Source: Collinsella sp. (GTDB lineage Bacteria; Actinomycetota; Coriobacteriia; Coriobacteriales; Coriobacteriaceae). Taken from it: 55,180 nt of DNA. Below are positions 1 to 7,387 of this stretch, piece after piece (position 1 is the first letter of the stretch; each line of letters opens with the position of its first letter). The DNA lies in assembly GCA_048254795.1 (NCBI GenBank), contig DBEZQF010000064.1, positions 1 to 55,180 on the forward strand, in the 5' to 3' direction. The position numbers and the translations under genes are program-made. The notes below the pieces were generated by a model that saw only the letters and a list, made by a program, of their open reading frames with translations, searched no databases and was not told the origin of the DNA.

Positions 1-126
1 GCGACCATCTACACGGTGGCGCGCGAGACACCGGTCGCCGGCCTTGCCAAAGCGGCGCCTGAGGTGCTCGACGCCATTGCCGCGCGCGTGCGCGCCATCG
101 GCATTCCCTGCCAGGTGAGCTACTAG
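1..126 (+). CDS. 3' end of a CDS entering from the left, possibly a radical SAM family protein (partial)
   Basis: Frame 1 is open from base 1 (ATIYTVARETPVAGLAKAAPEVLDAIAARVRAIGIPCQVSY) to TAG at 124-126, with GC3-rich codons. The IYT..RETP..GL.KA pattern resembles C-termini of gut-bacterial radical SAM proteins (from memory, weak). Confidence 0.5.
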   Translation, partial: ATIYTVARETPVAGLAKAAPEVLDAIAARVRAIGIPCQVSY

Positions 127-167
127 CAAAACCACGCAGCAGCCAGTGTCCGCCATCCCGCTCCATC

Positions 168-234
168 AGTTGCGGTGATATAGTTCCTATTTATGCTGTT
201 AAACCGCTTAAATCGGAACTATATCACCGCAACT
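168..234. repeat. 20-bp perfect inverted repeat with 27-bp spacer (family C, copy 1)
   Basis: AGTTGCGGTGATATAGTTCC at 168-187 and its reverse complement at 215-234. A related element lies at 6550-6620. Confidence 0.85.
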
Positions 235-286
235 TTTATGGACGCGTGGGTGGGCTATACTAGCTGCGGATGAAAGGAAGTTAGCC

Positions 287-1174
287 ATGTTTGACAACGG
301 ACCTGTGCCCGGCCGCAACGACGCTTGCTGGTGCGGCAGCGGCAAAAAATATAAGAAATGCCATAGCGCCTTTGATGAGCGCCTTGAGCGCCTGTGGGAA
401 GAGGGCTGGGAGGTTTTGCCCCGCACGCTCTACAAGACTCCCGCCGATATCGAGGGCATCAAGCGCTCGGCCGCCATCAACGTGGGCGTGCTCGATTATG
501 TGGGCGAGCATATCGCCGCAGGCATGACCACCAACCAGATCGACCAGATGATCTACGACTACACCGTCGAGCACGGCGGCACGCCGGCAGACCTCAACTA
601 CGAGGGTTACCCCAAGAGCGTGTGCACCTCGATCAACGACGTCGTCTGCCACGGTATCCCCTGCGATGCGGATGTGCTGCACGAGGGCGATATCATCAAC
701 GTGGACTGCTCCACGATCCTGGACGGTTACTTTAGTGATTCGAGCCGTATGTTCTGCATCGGCGAGGTATCTGCCGAGCGCCAGCGCCTGGTCGACGTCA
801 CCCGCGCCAGCGTGGAGGCGGGTCTGGCGGCCGTCAAGCCATGGCTGCCGCTGTCCGTAATGGCCGAGGCCGTGCAAAAGACGGTCGAGGACGCCGGTTT
901 TAGTGTGGTGCGCGAGTACGGCGGACACGGCATCGGTAAGGAGTTCCACGAGGACCCGTTTGTGGGCTTTACCACCGAGGCGCCCGATGTGGACACCATC
1001 ATGGCTCCGGGCATGGTCTTTACCATCGAGCCCATGGTCAATGCCGGAGCGCCCGACATCAAGATTAGCAAGGGTGACGGCTGGTGCGTGCGTACCAAGG
1101 ACGGTAGCGATTCGGCCCAGTGCGAGGTACAGCTCGTGGTGACCGAGGACGGCTACGAGCTGCTGAGCTGGTAG
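287..1174 (+). CDS. map: Methionine aminopeptidase type I with N-terminal SEC-C metal-binding motif
   Basis: RBS GAAAGGAAG; N-terminal GRNDACWCGSGKKYKKCH (SEC-C); MetAP motifs CTSINDVVCHGIP, GDIINVD, GHGIG..FHE, FTIEPM. Confidence 0.95.
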   Translation: MFDNGPVPGRNDACWCGSGKKYKKCHSAFDERLERLWEEGWEVLPRTLYKTPADIEGIKRSAAINVGVLDYVGEHIAAGMTTNQIDQMIYDYTVEHGGTPADLNYEGYPKSVCTSINDVVCHGIPCDADVLHEGDIINVDCSTILDGYFSDSSRMFCIGEVSAERQRLVDVTRASVEAGLAAVKPWLPLSVMAEAVQKTVEDAGFSVVREYGGHGIGKEFHEDPFVGFTTEAPDVDTIMAPGMVFTIEPMVNAGAPDIKISKGDGWCVRTKDGSDSAQCEVQLVVTEDGYELLSW

Positions 1175-1183
1175 CCGTGGATG

Positions 1184-1230
1184 CGCCGGATGCTGACGGG
1201 CACGCTCGTCTTGCATCCGGCGTTTTTATT
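1184..1230 (+). terminator. Probable intrinsic terminator after map
   Basis: CGCCGGATGC...GCATCCGGCG stem followed by TTTTTATT. Confidence 0.65.
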
Positions 1231-1250
1231 TGAACGTTTTGCCTGATACA

Positions 1251-1285
1251 ACCTGCCAAAATAAACCTGTCCCTTTTTGGCAGGT
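1251..1285. repeat. 35-bp REP-like hairpin with CTGTCCC/GGGACAG loop
   Basis: ACCTGCCAAAATAAACCTGTCCCTTTTTGGCAGGT; near-identical copies at 2459, 7353, 10914 (inverted) and 37410. Confidence 0.9.
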
Positions 1286-1304
1286 CGAGCGGAGAGGACT
1301 GCTT

Positions 1305-2240
1305 GTGAACATCCTGGTTTTGTTGCCCGTCAACGACCGCCATCGCGCGATCCTCGAGTCGAGCGCTCCGGGCGAGGACTTTATCTACACGAGCTCCGAC
1401 GCCGCCACGCGCGAGCAGGTCGCCGATGCCGACGTGATCCTGGGCAACATCGACCCTGACATGCTCACGGCATGCGAGCATCTCCAGCTGTTGCAATTGC
1501 AGACCGCCGGCTATGACGACTACCTTGCCGCCGGCACCGTGCCGGCTGACGCCAAGCTGTCTTGCTCGGTGGGCGCCTACGGTCAGGCCGTGAGCGAGCA
1601 CATGTTTGCCATGGTACTGTCAATGATGAAGCGCCTGCCCGGCTACCAGGACCTGCAGCGCGAGCATCGCTGGGAGGACTTGGGTCCGGTCACCTCGCTC
1701 AAAAATGCCAACGTGCTGGTGCTGGGCGCGGGCGATATCGGCGGCCACTTTGCCACGCTCTGCCGCAGCATGGGCGCACACGTCCGCGGCATCAAGCGCC
1801 ATCCGCTCGTCTACCCCATTGTGTTTGAGGACATGGACGGCATGGATGCCTTGTCTGAGCGCCTGGCCGAGGCAGACGTCGTCGCATCTTTTATGCCCAG
1901 CACACCCGAGACCCGCGGTCTGGCGAACGCCGAGTTCTTCGCCGCGATGAAGCCGGGCGCCTTCTTTGCCAACGGCGGCCGCGGCGACCTTGTGGTCGCC
2001 GACGACTTGGTTGCCGCCTTGGAGTCGGGACATCTCGCCGGCGCCGCGGTCGACGTCACCGACCCCGAACCGTTGCCTGAGACAAGCCCCCTGTGGGATG
2101 CGCCTAATATGCTCATCACGCCACACGTCTCCGGCTGGTTCCACCTGGCAGCCACGCTCAACAATGTGGTCGACATTGCCGCGGAGAATCTGCGTCACCT
2201 GCAAGCCGGCGAGACCCTGCGCTGTTGGATTGAACATTAG
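1305..2240 (+). CDS. D-isomer-specific 2-hydroxyacid dehydrogenase family protein
   Basis: GTG start after GGAGAGG; Rossmann motif VLGAGDIG; NGGRG, DVTDPEPLP and ITPHVSG motifs. Confidence 0.9.
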   Translation: MNILVLLPVNDRHRAILESSAPGEDFIYTSSDAATREQVADADVILGNIDPDMLTACEHLQLLQLQTAGYDDYLAAGTVPADAKLSCSVGAYGQAVSEHMFAMVLSMMKRLPGYQDLQREHRWEDLGPVTSLKNANVLVLGAGDIGGHFATLCRSMGAHVRGIKRHPLVYPIVFEDMDGMDALSERLAEADVVASFMPSTPETRGLANAEFFAAMKPGAFFANGGRGDLVVADDLVAALESGHLAGAAVDVTDPEPLPETSPLWDAPNMLITPHVSGWFHLAATLNNVVDIAAENLRHLQAGETLRCWIEH

Positions 2241-2406
2241 GGTTCCGCCGTTCTAACGAACGGCGGACCGGTCGACGCTGCGCGCCGCCCAGAGCGACAA
2301 TTTGTCATTCAAAAGGCGAGGCATGACCAGAAGGTCTATGCCTTGCCTTTTTCATGCCAACTTGTTCGCTCTGGACATCGCTCGCTGACGTTTGCTCAAC
2401 CTGCGG
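2241..2406 (+). repeat. Structured repeat family B, copy 1 (GACCAGAAGGTC apex)
   Basis: Starts directly after TAG. 5' hairpin, then a long bulged stem capped by GACC-AGAA-GGTC, ending ACCTGCGG. Homologous to 38576-38739 and 52983-53131. Confidence 0.8.
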
Positions 2407-2458
2407 TGTCATAACAATTCTGTCCAGCTGTTGGCATTGCGGCATTTGCCCAAATAAA

Positions 2459-2493
2459 ACCTGCCAAAGTAAACCTGTCCCTTTTTGGCAGGT
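2459..2493. repeat. 35-bp REP-like hairpin
   Basis: ACCTGCCAAAGTAAACCTGTCCCTTTTTGGCAGGT, 1 bp from the stop of the M18 peptidase gene. Confidence 0.9.
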
Positions 2494-2494
2494 A

Positions 2495-3880
2495 TTAGAG
2501 CTCTACGCTTTCGGCGCCGTTGATGGTTAGGTTTCGCTCGTAGAAGGCGGTGAGAGCGCGGATGGCGTACATCACGTCGCGCACGCCGCCGGTCTCGTAG
2601 CTTGAGTGCATGGCCAGCTGCGGCAGGCCCACGTCCACGGCATGCATGCTCGCCTGCATATTCGACAGGTTGCCCAGGGTGGAACCGCCGGCCATGTCGC
2701 TCTTGTTGGCGAAAGCCTGCGTTGGCACGTCGGCGTCATCGCAGATGGCCTGGAACACCGCGCGGCTAAAGGCATCGGTGCAGTAGTGCTGGTTGGCGGC
2801 TTCCTTGATGACGATGCCGCCGTTGAGCACAACCTGATTGCGGGCGTCGCACTTCTCGGCGTGGTTGGGGTGCACGGCATGTGCGTTGTCGCAGCTCGCG
2901 AGCATCGATGCGGCAAGGGCGCGATGGTACGACTCGTCGTCAAAGCCCAACGATCCGTTAATGCGGCGCAGTGCATCGGCCAAGAGCGTCGACATGGCGC
3001 CTTGCTTGGTCTCGGAGCCAACCTCCTCGTTATCGAAGCAGCAGAAGACCGAAACATCGTGCGCGTTCTCGGCACCCAAAAATGCCTGCAGCGAGGTGTA
3101 GGCGCAGGCCAGGTCGTCAAGCTTGGGCGTCGAGATAAACTCGTCGGCCCAGCCCCAAATGCGCGCATCCTGGCGGTTGACCAGGAACAAATCGCGGCCC
3201 AGAATTTGCTCGGGCTCAACGTCCAGCTCTTCGGCAATCAGGGCATCAAAATCTCCCTGCTTGAGTTCGCCGGCGCTGATGAGCGGGCACAGGTCGACGG
3301 CTCGGTTGGGAGCAAAGCCCTCGTTAACGCCGCGGTTCATGTGGATGGCAAGGCTCGGGATAATAGCGACCTCGCGCTCGGTGGCAAGCAGGCGGCTCTC
3401 AATACGGTCGCCCTCGCGTACCAGCACGCGGCCCGCGAGTGCCAGCGGACGGTCGAACCAGGTGTAGTCGATCATGCCGCCGTAGGCCTCGGTGTTCAGG
3501 CGCAGCGTCTCGCCCGCGCCGTCGAGCTCGGGCACGGCCTTAACCTTAAACGTCGGCGAGTCGCTGTGCGACGCCGTCAGCTGAAAATGGTAGTCGCCGG
3601 CAACGCCGTCCTCGCCCCACGTAGCAGCCAGGTCCTCGCCCACCTTAAAGGCGATAACGCTCGAGGTGTTGCGCTGCGTGTAATAACGCCCGCCCGGCTC
3701 GATGTCCCACGCCGCGTTCTCGGACAGGTAGGTAAAGCCCGCCTCGTCGAGCTCGGCCATAATGGTCGCCGCCGTATGGAACATGCTGGGGCATGCCTCG
3801 ATAAAGTCGATAAGGTCGTTGGCGGCCTCGATATCATCGGCCGTCACATGCGCGCGCTCGGGCGTTTCCTGATCCGTCAT
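2495..3880 (-). CDS. M18 family (aspartyl-type) aminopeptidase
   Basis: Start MTDQE after AAGGGGAG; motifs ASHSDSP, LDDL, FDNEEVGS, DNAHAVHPN, GGSTLG, QLAMHS. Confidence 0.92.
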   Translation of the reverse strand: MTDQETPERAHVTADDIEAANDLIDFIEACPSMFHTAATIMAELDEAGFTYLSENAAWDIEPGGRYYTQRNTSSVIAFKVGEDLAATWGEDGVAGDYHFQLTASHSDSPTFKVKAVPELDGAGETLRLNTEAYGGMIDYTWFDRPLALAGRVLVREGDRIESRLLATEREVAIIPSLAIHMNRGVNEGFAPNRAVDLCPLISAGELKQGDFDALIAEELDVEPEQILGRDLFLVNRQDARIWGWADEFISTPKLDDLACAYTSLQAFLGAENAHDVSVFCCFDNEEVGSETKQGAMSTLLADALRRINGSLGFDDESYHRALAASMLASCDNAHAVHPNHAEKCDARNQVVLNGGIVIKEAANQHYCTDAFSRAVFQAICDDADVPTQAFANKSDMAGGSTLGNLSNMQASMHAVDVGLPQLAMHSSYETGGVRDVMYAIRALTAFYERNLTINGAESVEL

Positions 3881-4041
3881 GCTCTCCCCTTTCGCTGGGT
3901 TGATGGTCCCTTCCAGCATACCCCGCCGCGCCAGCGCTGCACTCTTCATTCCGTGTTTAATCCCGCACCGCTCACCAAGTTGAGCCATCATGCCCGTGCA
4001 CCTTTTGCGACAATTACGCTAACAGGACGAGAGGAGCCGCC

Positions 4042-5127
4042 ATGAAGCCACGTAACATTGCCATCGCCTGCGGTGTCGCGGGAGTCGCCGTCGGCCTTGC
4101 CGCTGCCACCGGTATCGTTTATCACAAGCAAATCAAGTCCGCCGCGTCGCTCAAACGCTTGACCGGCTACGCGGATGGCTATGACCTGTACGCAATCGAC
4201 ATCGCCTACGACTACGATCTTGATCGCATCATCGCCGCTGGCGTGCGCGACGACCAGGCCTACATCGATGCCGTGGTGGCGCAGGTGCTGCCCGGTGTGC
4301 CGGTACATGTCCAGGCGCCCCAGTTTGCCTGCAGCGCTTTTGTCGCCGTAGATGCCGAAGGCCGCGTGCGCACCGGTCGCAATTACGACTTTAAGGACGA
4401 CACCTCAGCGCTGCTGGTGCGCAATCACCCACGCGGCGGCTATGCCTCCATCGGGTTTGCCGCCCTTAACAACCTGGGCGATAACACTCCGCTTGACTCC
4501 GTCGCCGGACGGGCCGCCGCACTCATGGGCCCGTTTGGCCAGCTCGACGGTGTTAACGAATGCGGCGTGTCCATTGCCGTACTCACTCTGGATTCCAAGC
4601 CCTGTGACCAGGACACGCAACGCCCCGTCATCAATACCTCGCTCGCCATCCGTCTGGTGCTCGACCGTGCCGCCACCACGCAAGAAGCTGTCGACCTGCT
4701 TTCCGCCTACGACATGCACGCCATGGCAGGACGCGATTACCACTTCTTTATCAACGACGCCGCCGGTGACGCGCGCGTAGTAGAGTGGGATCCGCGCGAT
4801 CCGGACCGCGCTTTCAAAGCGGCTCCTGTACGCCAGGTTACGAACTTCTACGCCTGCTATGGCGACGAAGTGCTGCCCAACCAAAAGAATGGCGAGCTGG
4901 GCCATGGTAAAGAGCGCGCCGTCGCAATCGCCGATGTCCTTGACGCCCATGTCGGTGCCCAGGACGAGGCAGTCGCTTGGAAGGCCCTTCGCGCCGCAGC
5001 CCAAGAGCCCAATCCGGAAGACATCACCAGCAATACGCAATGGTCGGTCGTCTTTGACAATACCGAACCCGCCGCCGCTATTACGCTGCGCCGCCACTGG
5101 GGCAACGTCGATGCCTTCGCACTGTAA
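4042..5127 (+). CDS. Ntn-type linear amide C-N hydrolase (C45 / choloylglycine hydrolase-like) with N-terminal membrane anchor
   Basis: RBS GAGAGGAG; hydrophobic N-terminal helix; FACSAF (putative nucleophilic Cys after a propeptide), GRNYD, DGVNECG, TNF and TQWS motifs. Confidence 0.8.
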   Translation: MKPRNIAIACGVAGVAVGLAAATGIVYHKQIKSAASLKRLTGYADGYDLYAIDIAYDYDLDRIIAAGVRDDQAYIDAVVAQVLPGVPVHVQAPQFACSAFVAVDAEGRVRTGRNYDFKDDTSALLVRNHPRGGYASIGFAALNNLGDNTPLDSVAGRAAALMGPFGQLDGVNECGVSIAVLTLDSKPCDQDTQRPVINTSLAIRLVLDRAATTQEAVDLLSAYDMHAMAGRDYHFFINDAAGDARVVEWDPRDPDRAFKAAPVRQVTNFYACYGDEVLPNQKNGELGHGKERAVAIADVLDAHVGAQDEAVAWKALRAAAQEPNPEDITSNTQWSVVFDNTEPAAAITLRRHWGNVDAFAL

Positions 5128-5265
5128 GGAGCCAGGCCCGTCGACCTTACGTTCCCTGACGTTGCTTACATTTCCATACGCTTGAGCTAACACGTTTACC
5201 CCCGTATCAACAGTGTGCGGGGGTAAACTTATGCGCATGTTATAACTTGCCCGGAAGGATTCATC

Positions 5266-6345
5266 ATGCTTAGGATCGGTCTTCTTACTAGTGGCGGCGA
5301 CTGCCAGGCGCTCAACGCCACCATGCGCGGCATCGTCAAAACGCTTATGACCAATAGCGAAGAGCCTATCGAGATCTACGGTTTTGAGGACGGCTACCAG
5401 GGCCTTATCTACAGCAGGTTCCGCGTCATGACGCCCGCCGATTTTAGCGGTATCCTCACCCGCGGCGGCACCATCCTGGGCACGAGCCGCACGCCGTTCA
5501 AGCGTCTGGATACCCCCGAGGCCGATGGTGTCGAGAAGGTGCCGGCGATGGTCCACACCTATCATAAGCTGCAGCTCGACTGCCTGTTTATGCTGGGTGG
5601 CAACGGATCCACCAAGACCGCCAACCGCCTGCGCGAAGAGGGCCTCAACGTTATCGCCCTGCCCAAGACCATCGATAACGACACATGGGGCACCGAGCTG
5701 ACGTTTGGCTTTACGAGCGCCATCGACGTCGCCACCAAGTGCATCGACGACATCCACACCACCGCTTCGAGCCACGGCCGCGTGTTCGTTATCGAGATCA
5801 TGGGCCACAAGGTTGGCTGGATCCCGCTGTATGCCGGCGTCGCGGGCGGCGCGGATGTCATCTTGATTCCCGAGATTCCCTACGACATGGATAACGTCAT
5901 CAAGACCATTGAGCATCGCATGGAAACCGGTAGCCGCTTTACCATCGTGGCCGTCGCCGAGGGCGCCATCTCCAAGGAGGACGCGGCGCTGTCCAAGAAG
6001 GAGTACAAGAAGAAGCTCGCCGAGCGCACGAGCCCGTCAATCGTGTACGACATCGCCAAGGAGATCGAGGCCAAGACCGGTCGCGAGACCCGCGTCGCCA
6101 TCCCCGGCCACACGCAGCGCGGCGGTCAGCCCGATGCCCAGGACCGCATCTTTGCGACCCAGTGCGGCGTCGAGGCGGCACTCGGCTGCCTACGCGGCGA
6201 GTTTGGCTACATGATTGCTCTGCGTGACGGCAAGATGTGCCACATGCCGCTCGAGGAGGTCGCCGGCAAGCTCAAGTATGTCGACCCCCAGAGCGACCTG
6301 GTGCGCGAGGCCAAGGCGTTGGGCATCAGCTTCGGCGACGAATAG
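5266..6345 (+). CDS. pfkA: 6-phosphofructokinase, probably ATP-dependent
   Basis: LTSGGD, GGTILGTSR, GGNGS, PKTIDND, EIMGH and GHTQRGG motifs. Confidence 0.93.
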   Translation: MLRIGLLTSGGDCQALNATMRGIVKTLMTNSEEPIEIYGFEDGYQGLIYSRFRVMTPADFSGILTRGGTILGTSRTPFKRLDTPEADGVEKVPAMVHTYHKLQLDCLFMLGGNGSTKTANRLREEGLNVIALPKTIDNDTWGTELTFGFTSAIDVATKCIDDIHTTASSHGRVFVIEIMGHKVGWIPLYAGVAGGADVILIPEIPYDMDNVIKTIEHRMETGSRFTIVAVAEGAISKEDAALSKKEYKKKLAERTSPSIVYDIAKEIEAKTGRETRVAIPGHTQRGGQPDAQDRIFATQCGVEAALGCLRGEFGYMIALRDGKMCHMPLEEVAGKLKYVDPQSDLVREAKALGISFGDE

Positions 6346-6368
6346 CCTCGGCTGGAACTGCTCTCATC

Positions 6369-6494
6369 GGAGGCCCCAGGGCTTACCTCCCAAATCGTCC
6401 TCGGACATGTCAGGACCCCGCCGTGCGCTTCGCGCCGCGGGGTCCTTCCGTCCTGCGGAAAGATTTGGGAGGTAAGCCCTGGGGCCTCCTGCGG
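6369..6494. repeat. Structured palindromic repeat family A, copy 1
   Basis: Outer stem GGAGGCCCCAGGGCTTACCTCCCAAATC/GATTTGGGAGGTAAGCCCTGGGGCCTCC; conserved internal loop CGTCCTCGnnCATG / CTGCGGAA; apex GCGC-TTC-GCGC; tail CCTGCGG. Confidence 0.85.
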
Positions 6495-6549
6495 TAACTA
6501 AGGAGGCCGTGGCTATTCGTCTTCTTGCTGCGGGTGCCTGGTCTGAAAT

Positions 6550-6620
6550 TAAGTTGCGGTGAAATAGTTCCTGCTTAGCCCGCAAATGGCTGAATCTAAG
6601 AACTATTCCACCGCAACTTA
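6550..6620. repeat. Inverted repeat family C, copy 2
   Basis: TAAGTTGCGGTGAAATAGTTC ... GAACTATTCCACCGCAACTTA (1 mismatch); arms match 168-234, spacer is different. Confidence 0.85.
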
Positions 6621-6949
6621 CGAATGATCGGAGCGGCTACAGCACAAGCGTCGGCGTTCGTTTGATGGTCCGCCACGAAAAGGAGCCATCTACTACGTTT
6701 AACTCGATGGGGCCAACCATGACCGCATTTTTCGAAAAGCGACAGGCCTTCTACCTGCGGTTTTATTTTTCGTTTTCCCGGCATGGTTGAGGGTATCCAA
6801 TTAAACGTAGTAGATAGGCCCATTTTGTGGCATACGGCCCATTCAAGCCCAATCTCGAAGGCTAAAGAGAGCCTCTCATCCACGCTTGCGAGCGAAAACC
6901 AAATAGAATGAAAGGCAAATGGAAAGCCCGTTTGACGAGCGGAGGACAT

Positions 6950-7270
6950 ATGCGGGACGTAGCCGAAAGCGACTGGAAGCTGTTTAAGAAAATGCTTCCT
7001 CAATGGCAAGAACGTTATATGGAAAAGCTCATCGGCCAGTACGTTGAGATGCTGAACGGCGACAGTGAAGCGTCCAGTAGATTTTGGGCACTAGAAGAGC
7101 GCCTCAATAGAGACAAGCTGTCCTCAGGTGTAATTGCAAACGACATTCGCCGCAGCACAATGCACCGCGAGATAGCCAATTTGCTTATCGACAGCGTGAT
7201 CGCCCTCGACGACCTTGACGGTTTTACCGAGGACATTAAGAGCTATGCGCAACACTGGATTGGCCAGTAA
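6950..7270 (+). CDS. Small hypothetical protein (106 aa)
   Basis: GGAGG RBS before ATG at 6950 (MRDVAESDWKLFKKMLPQWQERYM...); visibly lower GC than neighbours; downstream hairpin at 7302-7347. Confidence 0.75.
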   Translation: MRDVAESDWKLFKKMLPQWQERYMEKLIGQYVEMLNGDSEASSRFWALEERLNRDKLSSGVIANDIRRSTMHREIANLLIDSVIALDDLDGFTEDIKSYAQHWIGQ

Positions 7271-7352
7271 GAGCACCGAACGACAAACATCCCCAGCAAA
7301 ACGGGGCAAACGCCGGACCACCTAATGGTTGTCCGGCGTTTGCCCCGATAAA

Positions 7353-7387
7353 ACCTGCCAAAATAAACCTGTCCCTTTTTGGCAGGT
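7353..7387. repeat. 35-bp REP-like hairpin
   Basis: Identical to 1251-1285; overlaps the stop codon of the permease gene by one base. Confidence 0.9.
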
